A stretch of 63,209 bases of DNA, the filler included, from an uncultured Methanosarcinales archaeon (GTDB taxonomy: Archaea > Nanobdellota > Nanobdellia > Woesearchaeales > DSVV01), in NCBI GenBank assembly GCA_964593285.1. It is 6 parts of 6 records of this genome, joined end to end, with 100 filler letters (N's around TTAATTAATTAA, not from the genome) between each part and the next. Parts side by side here need not be neighbours in the genome. Positions count along the whole stretch, not along the records: positions 1 to 13,408 come from CAZQHZ010000024.1; positions 13,509 to 26,736 come from CAZQHZ010000025.1; 4 more parts are not named here. One strand, given 5' to 3'. The notes below the pieces were generated by a model. The model saw only the letters and a program-made list of their open reading frames with translations, made no database searches and was not told the DNA's origin. Each line of letters starts with the position of its first letter. The stretch's first letter is position 1. Shown piece after piece: positions 10,527-20,796 of this stretch. The position numbers were made by a program, and so were the translations under genes.

Positions 10527-12012
10527 ATTTTTTATAAAATAAAAGTTTGTTTAAATATTTTTCTACATTTAATTTAAATTTATTTTTAAAATAGTCAATT
10601 TTATAAATAATTATAATAAGTATTATTAAAATTACAATTATAAAAAATGAAATTAATTCTTTACTTTTAATTGAAACAGACTTAAATAAAAAACCAGAAG
10701 TTAATAAATTAGTATCATTTGATTTAACATCTAAATTATTTTCTTTTGAATTTAATAAATTGTTATTAGTAATGTTTTTTTGATTATTAATCGATTTTGA
10801 TGAATTTTTATGAGTTAATTTTTCATCCTCTGTTACTGAAAAATTAACTTGAATATATTTTAAATCTAAAAGTTTATTATCATCAAATAATTTTAAAACA
10901 TAAATATTGTTTTCTTTAAATGCGTATACTGGAATTTTTAATTTATCTGTTGAGTTTATTTCATATATTGAATTTTGACTTTTTGAAATTATTTTTACAT
11001 ATACTTTATTTTCAATATTTTCAAAATTTGCAAATAAATTAATATTTTCATTATAATTTCTAACAAGTGTATAAAAACTTTTTATTTTTGGAATTTTATA
11101 GTTATTAGAAGTTTCATTACTATCAATTGTATTGTTAGATTCAATAATTTGACACATATTATCTAAATTATCATTAATTGTTAAATTTTTTTTTGAAATA
11201 GTATCAATCCCTTCAATAATTAATTCATACTCACCATTAGCAAATTTATTATTACAATTACTTTTCATAGTTATTGGAATTATAATTCTTTGATCTACAT
11301 TTTTTCCATAAATGTATAATTTTGTGATTTCTGATAGTTTAGTTGTATTATTTTTTATGTAAGCTGATATTAAAGATTTTGATGAATCTGCTTTTTCTAT
11401 TTTTAAATCTAAAAAAAAAGTTTCACCAAAACTAATATGGTTGTCATGAATTGAATTTATATTATTAATAATTATTTTATTTTCAAATAATTCTAAATTT
11501 TTTTCACTTTTAACAATTATTAATTTTGAACTATTAAAATATGTATTATTTTCAAGATTATATAAAATTGAATTTATAAGGAAACCTTCTTGAACTAAAT
11601 TTGTCCTTGCAGTCCATGTTTTTTGATTTAAATTAGTTGTGTTAAATTTATTCTTTATTATATTCCTATTTAAATCTTCAATCCAGTATTCGATTATAAA
11701 ATTATCTTCTAAATTTGTATCATGATTAATTAAAACAGAACTGCCTTCTTCATAAAATTTTTTATCTAAATTTGTAGTAAAAAAAATAGAATTATTGATA
11801 TTATTTGCACTATTATTATTAATAGTATTATTTATTGTACAATTATTTAAATTTTGATTAATAATGTAATCTTCTAAAATAGATATTATATAATCACAAC
11901 AATATGTTTCATTAAATTCATTATTTGCATTTATTAAAAAAGAAAAATTAATTAAAACAAATATAAATATCAAAATAAACTTCAAATTAAACAATTTTTT
12001 TATTTTTGCCAT
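10456..12012 (-). CDS. Signal-peptide-bearing, C-terminally anchored surface protein
   Basis: N-terminal hydrophobic segment, Asn-rich body, TM ISFFIIVILIILIIIIY. The 71-nt overlap with the next gene may reflect a homopolymer error. Confidence 0.65.
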   Translation of the reverse strand: MAKIKKLFNLKFILIFIFVLINFSFLINANNEFNETYCCDYIISILEDYIINQNLNNCTINNTINNNSANNINNSIFFTTNLDKKFYEEGSSVLINHDTNLEDNFIIEYWIEDLNRNIIKNKFNTTNLNQKTWTARTNLVQEGFLINSILYNLENNTYFNSSKLIIVKSEKNLELFENKIIINNINSIHDNHISFGETFFLDLKIEKADSSKSLISAYIKNNTTKLSEITKLYIYGKNVDQRIIIPITMKSNCNNKFANGEYELIIEGIDTISKKNLTINDNLDNMCQIIESNNTIDSNETSNNYKIPKIKSFYTLVRNYNENINLFANFENIENKVYVKIISKSQNSIYEINSTDKLKIPVYAFKENNIYVLKLFDDNKLLDLKYIQVNFSVTEDEKLTHKNSSKSINNQKNITNNNLLNSKENNLDVKSNDTNLLTSGFLFKSVSIKSKELISFFIIVILIILIIIIYKIDYFKNKFKLNVEKYLNKLLFYKKYGKRKKNYLQSNYRNDWCTKKAY

Positions 12013-12165
12013 AGATTTTATTAAACAAAAATTATTAATTAAATTTACTAAATTTTTTAATTGATTTTTTTAAAAATTATAAAAAATTTTCAAAAAATAA
12101 AATTATAACATAAATAATTACAAAAATTTCGAAAAAATAACACAATTTATTAAATTTATATAAAT

Positions 12166-12930
12166 TTAATGAACATGTGCTGGTAGAAAAAAAGTAACAG
12201 AAATTATTATTAAAATACCTAAAATTATTGCAATAATATGAATTATTGAATCTTTTATATTGTTGTATCTGTGTAATTGTGGAACTAAATTAGATGCTGC
12301 AATATATAAAAAATTACCAATAGCAAAAGGAATTATAAAATGATTAATTTCATGTGTATAATTAACTAAAATAATTCCAAACAATGCACCAATTACAGCG
12401 GTTAATGCAGAAACAAAATTAAACAATAATGCTTTTAATTTTGAAAACCCAGAATATAAAAGTATCCCAAAATCTGCAATTTCTTGAGGTATTTCATGAA
12501 ATAAAATAGAAATAGTTACAGTTATTCCAAGAACGATATCAACAGTATAACTTACTGCAATTAAAAGTCCATCAATAAAATTATGAATTCCATCACCTAT
12601 TAAATTAATTGGTCCAAGAGTATATGCATGATTATGTACGTTATTTTTTATACATTTCTTTTTATGATTAAAGTGAATAAATTTTTCAATAATAAACATA
12701 ACTAAAAATCCAAACAATATATAAAAAGCGACATCAAAATTATAATCATGAGAAAAAACTTCAGGAATTAAATTAAAAAAAACAGTGCTTAATAAAACTC
12801 CAATTGATAAGCTAACTAAAAATAATAAACTTTTAGTAGAAATTTTTTTTTTAAGTAAAAATGGAATTACTGCAATTACAGAAATCAAAGAAATAAAAAA
12901 TACACTTATTAATGCATAAATTGCTTCCAT
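12166..12930 (-). CDS. ZIP family metal transporter
   Basis: GDGIHNFIDG and HEIPQEIADF signatures; His-rich loop. Confidence 0.95.
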   Translation of the reverse strand: MEAIYALISVFFISLISVIAVIPFLLKKKISTKSLLFLVSLSIGVLLSTVFFNLIPEVFSHDYNFDVAFYILFGFLVMFIIEKFIHFNHKKKCIKNNVHNHAYTLGPINLIGDGIHNFIDGLLIAVSYTVDIVLGITVTISILFHEIPQEIADFGILLYSGFSKLKALLFNFVSALTAVIGALFGIILVNYTHEINHFIIPFAIGNFLYIAASNLVPQLHRYNNIKDSIIHIIAIILGILIIISVTFFLPAHVH

Positions 12931-12931
12931 T

Positions 12932-13189
12932 TTAAAATTTAAATGTTTTAGTATTTTTAACTAAATTAATTTTATTTTTAGTTCCTTTTAATAATTTTTC
13001 AATCTCAGATGGTGAAAATTCAATAATTCCAGAAGAATCTTTACCCATAAAACAAACTGCAACAGATTCTTTTTTTGGATTTAATAAATCTTCATTAATT
13101 AATATTTCTTTTAAATCACATTTGGATTCAAGCCTTACAATTCCATCTTTATTTTTTTTTTTTACTTTTATAATCATTATAACCACCAA
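12932..13189 (-). CDS. Small hypothetical protein
   Basis: 85-aa ORF directly upstream of the ZIP gene; GGTGG SD-like sequence before the MIIK start. Confidence 0.6.
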   Translation of the reverse strand: MVVIMIIKVKKKNKDGIVRLESKCDLKEILINEDLLNPKKESVAVCFMGKDSSGIIEFSPSEIEKLLKGTKNKINLVKNTKTFKF

Positions 13190-13325
13190 AATTTATCAAA
13201 TTTAATATTGGGAAACAAAATAAATATATAAAATTTGTTACTACTCTAAATAAAAAACTATTTAAATTAGTAAAACATTTAAAATATTTATAAAATCTAT
13301 ATTAATATATTATTCAAAATTATAT

Positions 13326-13400
13326 GGCGACTGTGGTGTAACCTGGTTAGCACATGGGACTGTGGATCCCATAGTTCGAGTTCAAATCTCGGCAGTCGCC
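13326..13400 (+). tRNA. tRNA-His(GUG) with genome-encoded G-1, no CCA
   Basis: Acceptor GCGACTG/CAGTCGC, anticodon arm TGGGA-CTGTGGA-TCCCA, T-loop TTCAAAT, C73, T-rich terminator. Confidence 0.95.
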
Positions 13401-13408
13401 CTTTTTTA

Positions 13409-13508
13409 NNNNNNNNNNNNNNNNNNNNNNNNNNNNNNNNNNNNNNNNNNNNTTAATTAATTAANNNNNNNNNNNNNNNNNNNNNNNNNNNNNNNNNNNN
13501 NNNNNNNN
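13409..13508. other. Artificial contig linker
   Basis: N44-TTAATTAATTAA-N44, giving stops in all six frames. Confidence 0.98.
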
Positions 13509-13853
13509 ATTTTTATAATCTAAAAAGAATATTAGGTTATTATACAATAACAATTATTCTGCTAAAATCTATATATGTCAAATTTTATATATATTAGTAG
13601 TTGTGGTTTTTATTTTAAAAATGGCTGATAAGAAAGAATGAGTATTTATATTCTTTCTTAGCCATATTAATTTCTATATATTCTGTCAATTAAGTGTAGT
13701 TATAATGTCATTTATGGATTTAAATTACAAAATTTCTTCTCTATTGTCAATTCTAAAAATTTATATTTTTTCTTTTTTTTCACTATTTAGTTTCCATTAT
13801 CATTTGGTTTTAAATTGTATAAATCATTTAATAGTAATTAGTTATTGATTTCT

Positions 13854-13976
13854 TCATGTTCCAACTTCTAAGTTTGCATCGTTAAAAAATATAAGTTCGT
13901 TTATGCTTGGTACGATGCCATATTTTTCCCAGTAGGAAACTCTTTGTTCTTTTATCCATAGTTCTTTTGTTATCAT
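13854..13976 (-). CDS. Putative 40-aa small protein (MITKELWIKEQRVSYWEKYGIVPSINELIFFNDANLEVGT)
   Basis: Strong GGAGGT SD just upstream; below the ORF-track cutoff. Confidence 0.45.
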   Translation of the reverse strand: MITKELWIKEQRVSYWEKYGIVPSINELIFFNDANLEVGT

Positions 13977-14113
13977 AGTTATCTACCTCCTATTTATTTA
14001 TGATAATTTGGTATGTTATTTTTTTTAAAAAAGATTTTAAAGAAAAATCTTATAAAAAATCTGAGAAAACCTACCAAAAATTTAAATAATACATTTATAA
14101 ACATTGTAATAAG

Positions 14114-14776
14114 ATGACACTAACGCCTTTAACACCATCGTGGTTTTTTGGATATAATGTTGCATTGGAATTAGTATTTGGAGTCATTACTCTTATTGTT
14201 TCATTGTATGCATTAAAGATATACAGAACTATTAATCTCAATCACATAAAATATCTTAGTTTATCTTTTGCTTTTATATCATTATCTTATATTATAAAAT
14301 CAATATTTAATTTTCTTATAATTTTCAAAATAAACGAAAACATATTAGGGATAGTGAAGATACAATCAATAGTTTTTTTTGATGCGATTGGGTTGTATGC
14401 ACATATATTTTTCATGACTTTGGGCTTGGTAACTCTTACTTTTATGACATTTAAATCAAAAAAAACAAGAATTTTATGGCTTATGCTTGTAACATCATTA
14501 TTTGCAATTTTTTTAAATATAAATACTTGGTTTATGTTCTTTTTATTTTCAACAACCTATCTTTTATTTTTATCTTTGCATTTCATAAGTAATTATTTGC
14601 AGAATAGACAAAAAAAAATTTTGCTTATAGCTTTGGCATTTCTTTTTTTACTTTTTGGAAACTTTCACCTTTTAATATCTATAAATCATCAGCTTTCTTA
14701 TGCTATAGGTCCTCTTCTTGAATTTGTAGCATATTTGTTGATATTAATTAATCTTTATATGGTGAAAAAAAAATGA
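14114..14776 (+). CDS. Polytopic (~7 TM) membrane protein, possible sensor
   Basis: About seven hydrophobic segments; ATGA overlap with the downstream wHTH gene. Confidence 0.7.
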   Translation: MTLTPLTPSWFFGYNVALELVFGVITLIVSLYALKIYRTINLNHIKYLSLSFAFISLSYIIKSIFNFLIIFKINENILGIVKIQSIVFFDAIGLYAHIFFMTLGLVTLTFMTFKSKKTRILWLMLVTSLFAIFLNINTWFMFFLFSTTYLLFLSLHFISNYLQNRQKKILLIALAFLFLLFGNFHLLISINHQLSYAIGPLLEFVAYLLILINLYMVKKK

Positions 14777-15051
14777 ATAAGAAGCGTGATCGGCTTGAGA
14801 TTATACACGATATACTATATTCTATAAGGGAAAAATCAGGAGTAGTTAAGCAGACTCACATTCTTTACAAATCAAATCTTTCACATCAAATGCTTGTTGA
14901 ATATGTAGGAGAGCTTATTGAGAAAGGTTTTATTTTTGAAAAAGAAGATAAAAAAGGCAAAAAACACTATAGGCTGACAGATAAAGGGTATAATTATTTA
15001 AATGATTATAAGACTATTCGAAATTTTGTTGATTCTTATGGATTAAATTAA
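14773..15051 (+). CDS. Archaeal winged-helix transcription regulator (HTH_45-like)
   Basis: KRDRLEIIHDIL...THILYKSNLS...YRLTDKG. Confidence 0.85.
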   Translation: MNKKRDRLEIIHDILYSIREKSGVVKQTHILYKSNLSHQMLVEYVGELIEKGFIFEKEDKKGKKHYRLTDKGYNYLNDYKTIRNFVDSYGLN

Positions 15052-15827
15052 ATTTTGATAGCAAAAATTTTATCATTAGTGTTTTAGAATAATTTAAAAT
15101 TATTTTTGTAGATTTATTCTTAAGGATATTAATGCAACTACTTTTTTTATTTTAGATTGTTCTTTAAAATTGAGTTTAACTTAAAAATTTATTAAAGTTT
15201 TATATAACATCTCTGTATTTAAATACAAGCAAACTAGAATAAATTTATATTTTTTAAATATAATTGAATTGTAATCAGACTAAATTTTTAAGCCCCCATA
15301 AAAAGTGTGAGCTAAATAAGTTGTCTTATAATTCTAGAAAATAAAAAGCATTCAATCCAAAAAAAACAATTTATTTAAAAAATTTCTAAATTTATTTACA
15401 TAATTAATAGATTTTTTATTTTTATTATATATTTTTTTAAAATTATAAGCAATTGATATTAAATTAAATTATTATTTGTTTCGCTACACTGCACGCTTAC
15501 TTCATTTAGTTATATTTTAGGTATATAAAAATGATTGAGAGATTTCTTTGAAAGTTTTATTTAAATTTTTGGTTCACAAATACTAAAGGACTACTTTTAT
15601 CTTCATCTAGAAAGCATTAAAATATGGATTTTATAAAATTTTTTAAATTTTATAGATATTTATAACAAATTAATTTTTATTTTTTTATGAAGTGCTTAAT
15701 TTTTAAAAATTTATTTTTTAATTAACATAAGAAGAATTTTTAAAATCAAAATAAAATCATCTAAATATTATGATTTTTTTTAACAGAATCATTCAATTTT
15801 TAAAATATAATTTGTTTTGTAAATAAA

Positions 15828-17021
15828 ATGATACAATCAATTGCAAGTATATTGTTTATAGTGCTTCTTATAAGCATTTTATTGTTGTCTTTTATAGATA
15901 AGCGAAAAAAACGAACCATTAGGAAAATTCCAAATGTTTCTTTTATAGTTCCATGTTATAACGATGGCGATTCTGTTGAAGATACTATTAAAAGTATTTA
16001 TGAAGTTGCAGGAAAAAATACTGATATAATTGTAATTAATGATAAAAGTACTGATAATAGTAGAGGAGTTCTTGATAGGCTTTATAAAAAACATAATTTC
16101 ACTATCTTTCATAATGATAAGAATTTAGGAAAATCTGCAAGTCTTAATAAGTACTCCACAAAAGCAAAATATGACATAATTTTTTTTGTTGATGCGGATG
16201 TTATAGTAAACAAAAAATCTTTTTTTGATGTATTAGCAAGACTTAAATCCAAAAAAGTAGGAGGTGTAAGTGCTCCTTATGTTCCTAAAAATAAGGGTTT
16301 TATTCCCCTTATGCAAAATATAGAATATAATATGATGTCTTTAGTGCAAGGTTCATATAATGTTTTCTCAGCGATAGCTTTGTGGGGTGGTTTTATTGGA
16401 GTAAAAAAAGAAGCATTTTTTAAAGCTGGAAAATTTAGTCTTAATGCTATAACTGAAGATATGGATTTGGCATTTAAACTTAATGAACATGGCTATAAAG
16501 TTGAACAAAGTTTTTTCCCAATAAAAACATATGTTCCTGACAAATTTAAAATGTGGTTTAAACAAAAAATTCGATGGAGTTCTGGTGGATTTCAATGTTT
16601 TATTAAACACTTAAAAGTATGGATTAAAAATCCAATTCATGTTTTGTTTTTATTTTCCTATAGTATCTTTATGATATCAGCAGTATTTGTATTAATTAAA
16701 AATATCTTTTTTTTTAATAATGTTATTACATATTTTATTTTTGTAAATGAAACGGTTTCGTTGCTTACAAGTTTGAAATTAACAGGTATATTATATAGTG
16801 CATATATTATTAAAGATATTTTATGGATGTTAGCATTTACTTCTTTTTCACTGCCATATGTAATTCCTTTAATTACAAAAATTAAAAAAATATATTTAGC
16901 ATTATTGGTAGTGCCTTTTTCAATAATATATATACCTATTTTCTCTACTGTGTCACTATTTGGAGCAATTTATTTTTTATATAATAGAAAAAAATACAGG
17001 AACAATGTTAGGGCTTGGTAA
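15828..17021 (+). CDS. Processive GT2 glycosyltransferase (IcaA/cellulose synthase-like)
   Basis: IVPCYN, DKSTD, DAD, TED and QKIRW (QxxRW) motifs; C-terminal TMs. Confidence 0.9.
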   Translation: MIQSIASILFIVLLISILLLSFIDKRKKRTIRKIPNVSFIVPCYNDGDSVEDTIKSIYEVAGKNTDIIVINDKSTDNSRGVLDRLYKKHNFTIFHNDKNLGKSASLNKYSTKAKYDIIFFVDADVIVNKKSFFDVLARLKSKKVGGVSAPYVPKNKGFIPLMQNIEYNMMSLVQGSYNVFSAIALWGGFIGVKKEAFFKAGKFSLNAITEDMDLAFKLNEHGYKVEQSFFPIKTYVPDKFKMWFKQKIRWSSGGFQCFIKHLKVWIKNPIHVLFLFSYSIFMISAVFVLIKNIFFFNNVITYFIFVNETVSLLTSLKLTGILYSAYIIKDILWMLAFTSFSLPYVIPLITKIKKIYLALLVVPFSIIYIPIFSTVSLFGAIYFLYNRKKYRNNVRAW

Positions 17022-17286
17022 AAAAAGTTAATATAATCAAATCATTTCTATTTTTAATTTTTAATCAATATTTATGTAGGATTCAAATTTAATTATGTGG
17101 ATGTAGTTTTTTAGAATTTACTTATAATTAAAAGTAAAACACAAAATTAATAAAGTTTAGATGTTTATTTATATATATATTTAAAATATAAATATTTTTT
17201 ATTAAAACACAAAATTTTAAATTTATGTAAAATTATATATTATCTTTGCAAAAAAACCAGTAAAAAAGTTGATTTATTTATAAAAA

Positions 17287-18282
17287 ATGAAAGAAAAAAA
17301 ATTTAATCAATATTTTGCAACTTTAATAGTTATATTATCTATATCATTTCTTTTATACACAGTTATTAAATTTGCAAATGGTTTTTTTGGAGCGTTACTT
17401 TTGTATGTTTTATTTTTTCCGTTCTATAATTTTATGATTAAAAAGAATATTAATAAAAAATTATCTGCAGGATTTGTAATTTTTATTGCTTTTTTAGTAA
17501 TCATCATTCCTTTATTATTAGTATTAGCTTTAATAGGAAATGAAGTTGCTCAAATTTTTAAGAATCCAAGTTTAATAGAAGATATAATTAATTTAGAAAA
17601 TATAAATATCACAAAATTTTTACCTTCTTTTAATACTGAAGTTTTAGCTGAAAAATTAACAAATTTAGGTACTTCAATAATGCCATTATTTGTCAATTTA
17701 TTTAGCAACATTGGGTCAGTTATAATAAATATTGTAATTGCGTTTTTTTTATTATATTTTATGTTAATTCAAGGTCCTTTATTTGATAAAATAAAAAAGA
17801 TAATTCCTTTTAATGAAAAAAATAGACAAGAATTGGTTGTTAAACTTAAAGAGATATCACGTAGTACAGTCCTAGTTGGTGGAATTATTGCTTTAATACA
17901 GGGAGGGTTAATAGCGATTAGTTTTTTGATATTTGGAATTAATGGAGCTTTTGTATGGGGTTTTATAGCAGCTATTTTATCTTTTTTACCAATGATAGGT
18001 CCACCAGTTATTTGGATACCTGTAGCTATTTTTCAATTAATTCAAGGAGATTACTTTTCAGGTGTAGGAATACTTATTTTTGGTTTAGTATCAATTAATG
18101 TAGATGATTTTATTAGACCTTATTTAGGAAAATCAATTGCAAAAATACATCCTTTAGTAACTCTCATTGGTATATTTGTTGGTATTCCACTATTTGGACT
18201 TATTGGTGTTTTTGTTGGACCTTTATTAATTGCATTTTCTGTATTAGTTTTAAAATCATACCAAGAAGAATATATCAACTAA
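17287..18282 (+). CDS. AI-2E (PerM) family transporter
   Basis: SFLPMIGP, DDFIRP, IHPL...G..LFG.IG.FVGP. Confidence 0.9.
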   Translation: MKEKKFNQYFATLIVILSISFLLYTVIKFANGFFGALLLYVLFFPFYNFMIKKNINKKLSAGFVIFIAFLVIIIPLLLVLALIGNEVAQIFKNPSLIEDIINLENINITKFLPSFNTEVLAEKLTNLGTSIMPLFVNLFSNIGSVIINIVIAFFLLYFMLIQGPLFDKIKKIIPFNEKNRQELVVKLKEISRSTVLVGGIIALIQGGLIAISFLIFGINGAFVWGFIAAILSFLPMIGPPVIWIPVAIFQLIQGDYFSGVGILIFGLVSINVDDFIRPYLGKSIAKIHPLVTLIGIFVGIPLFGLIGVFVGPLLIAFSVLVLKSYQEEYIN

Positions 18283-19180
18283 AATTTCTTAATATTTCTA
18301 AAAGACTTCTAAAATTAATATTTTGAACATTATATGTTTCAACTGCAGGTGTTGATAAACAACAATTACAAATATTAGAATTTACAATTTCAGACCTACA
18401 ACAACAACTACTAATTTTACCATTATAAATAATAAGACTTCCCCATACTGGCTTTTGCCAATTTCCATTTTTCAAATAATTTAAAGCAGATTTGGTATTA
18501 CAAATTTTTTTACCATATTTTTTTTTTAATATAAATATTTCCTTAATAATATTATTTTTTAACTCTTCATATATCTCTATATTACTTGAATTAATATATG
18601 GAATAAAAAAATGAAATAAAATTCCTTTAATTTTTTTTCTAAATAATATATCTTTTACATAAATTCCAAAATCCTTATAATTTAATTGAGATATAGTAAA
18701 ATTAATAAAAATTTTTTTATGTTTACTTTTTTTTATATTATTTAAAATTTTATCAAAAGTATTTCCTCTTATACTATTATGGGTTTTTTTATTACCATCA
18801 AGACTAACCCAAACATAATCTGCTAAAGTATTTATAGGTATAGTTCCATTAGTACATAATAAAATTTTATAAAAACCAATTTGTTTTGCTAATTTAATTA
18901 TATCTTCAATGTTTTTCTCATTATATTTATATAAAAATGGCTCTCCCCCTGTTATTTCTAAAAACCGTATACCTTTTAGATATAATTTTTCCATATCTTT
19001 TTTAATTTGTTCATATGGTATATTATTTCCTTTTTTACTAGAAACATTGCAATGTTTACAATTAAGATTACATAAATCATTAATTATTATAGCTCCATTA
19101 AATGGAATTTTTTTTTTTAAAATTTTTGTTTTAATTAAATAATTAATTCCATAAAATAAAAAATTAATTTGTTTTATCAT
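18275..19180 (-). CDS. Radical SAM protein with Cys-rich C-terminal domain
   Basis: CNLNCKHC, ITGGEP, TNG, VSLDG; C-terminal SCCCR...CNCC. Confidence 0.9.
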   Translation of the reverse strand: MIKQINFLFYGINYLIKTKILKKKIPFNGAIIINDLCNLNCKHCNVSSKKGNNIPYEQIKKDMEKLYLKGIRFLEITGGEPFLYKYNEKNIEDIIKLAKQIGFYKILLCTNGTIPINTLADYVWVSLDGNKKTHNSIRGNTFDKILNNIKKSKHKKIFINFTISQLNYKDFGIYVKDILFRKKIKGILFHFFIPYINSSNIEIYEELKNNIIKEIFILKKKYGKKICNTKSALNYLKNGNWQKPVWGSLIIYNGKISSCCCRSEIVNSNICNCCLSTPAVETYNVQNINFRSLLEILRNFS

Positions 19181-20449
19181 TTAATTTAACACCAATTTAT
19201 CAGGCCATGCGTTTTTCATACATGTTCCCCATGTTTTATTTAAATAAGTATGTGTATATTCTTGTTCTATTAAATGAAATAAATATGACCCTTTTTTAGT
19301 AAGTCTAAAATTTTTTTCTTCCTTTTTAATCAACCCAAATAATCTTGCTATATTTAATTCTAGAAAAAAAGTATTATACAAATTTTTCTTAAATAATTTT
19401 TTAAATTCGTCTGATAAAATAATGGTATTATAAGATTGCCAAAACATCCAAAACATCATTTCATCTCTTTCTTTTAAAGTATTTGATAAAGCAATAGGAA
19501 TTCTTTTTTTTGATTCTAAAATATAATCTTTAACAGAGAATGTATTTATTGTAAATTTATTTCCAATTAAAGATGTTGAACTAGCACCAATCCCTAAAAA
19601 AGAATTTCTTGTAATTGAAGAATATCTAATAGAATTGTTTTTTGTAAATGACCATATAGAACTTCTATAATATCCTTCATTCCTAGCAATTTCTATAAAT
19701 TCTGTTAAAATTTTTTTTCTTTGCCTATTTGATGTTAATATATTTTTACCTTTAAAATGTTTTTTGCCAAGTGATGTAAAAGTGAAAGGAATTAAAGGAT
19801 ATGTTGAAATTTGATCTACACCTAAATTAATTGCCTTTTTAAAATCTTTTATGTGTTGTTTTATAGATACATCTTTTATTCCAAATAATAAATCAACATC
19901 AACACTTTTAAAACCAATTTTTAATACATTCTTTAAAACTATTTCTGGTTTATATGAAATATCATATCTTGTAATTTTTTTTAAAACTTCTTTATTAAAA
20001 GATTGTATACCTAAACTTACCATTGTAACTTTAATATCTTTTAAATATTTTAAAGTTTTAATATCACAATCACATGGATGTAATTCAACTGCAATTTCTC
20101 CATTAAAATTAAAATTATTTTTAACATATAAAAAAACTTTTTTTAAACCTTCTTTTAATAAAGAAGGAGTTCCACCACCAACATATATTGAATTAATTTC
20201 ATTATCTAAAAATTTATTTTTTAATAAATTTAATTCATTAATTAAACTTTCAATATATTGCGCTGATAACTTTTTATCATATAAAATTTTATTATAAGGG
20301 CAAAAATTACATATCTTCTTACAAAAAGGTATATGAATATAAAGACCAATTTGTTTAAATTTTGGACTATATTCTATTTTTAAAGCCTTATTAAATTCAT
20401 AAGGCTTAATTCTTCTTGCTAAAAATAATCTTAATAATTTTGTTAGCAT
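19181..20449 (-). CDS. HemN-like (class C) radical SAM protein
   Basis: LYIHIPFCKKICNFC, IYVGGGTPS, SLGIQSF, FLGIGASS. Confidence 0.9.
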   Translation of the reverse strand: MLTKLLRLFLARRIKPYEFNKALKIEYSPKFKQIGLYIHIPFCKKICNFCPYNKILYDKKLSAQYIESLINELNLLKNKFLDNEINSIYVGGGTPSLLKEGLKKVFLYVKNNFNFNGEIAVELHPCDCDIKTLKYLKDIKVTMVSLGIQSFNKEVLKKITRYDISYKPEIVLKNVLKIGFKSVDVDLLFGIKDVSIKQHIKDFKKAINLGVDQISTYPLIPFTFTSLGKKHFKGKNILTSNRQRKKILTEFIEIARNEGYYRSSIWSFTKNNSIRYSSITRNSFLGIGASSTSLIGNKFTINTFSVKDYILESKKRIPIALSNTLKERDEMMFWMFWQSYNTIILSDEFKKLFKKNLYNTFFLELNIARLFGLIKKEEKNFRLTKKGSYLFHLIEQEYTHTYLNKTWGTCMKNAWPDKLVLN

Positions 20450-20796
20450 TAAATCAAGAATTTAAAGATTATATATAAATTATTTTATTAAAAAAAAATT
20501 TATGATTTATATATAATCATTATTTATATTTTAATATTTATTAATTTTTAAAAAAATTATAAATTATATAATTGTTTTTTAAATAAAAAATTTCTAAAAA
20601 AATGAAAATATTTTTTCTATTATTTTATATCAAATTTTATAAATTTTTAATTTTAAGATATATTTATAAGCTTTTTTAGCTTAAATTAACATTTTTAAAG
20701 TATATTTTAATTTATTTATATAAAAACAGGTGAATTAACCACTAAATGGTAACAAAAAACAAAACATTTAAATAGTTATTATGTTACTACTATGTT

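Noticed and set aside
13453..13464. TTAATTAATTAA repeated five times in the window
   Set aside because: Always centred in N-runs; it is an assembly linker, not a biological repeat.
14114..14776. Microbial rhodopsin
   Set aside because: No DxxxK-type retinal-binding lysine in the last helix.
15477..15505. Short GC-richer patch TTCGCTACACTGCACGCTTACTTC
   Set aside because: No convincing stem or second copy; too short to interpret.
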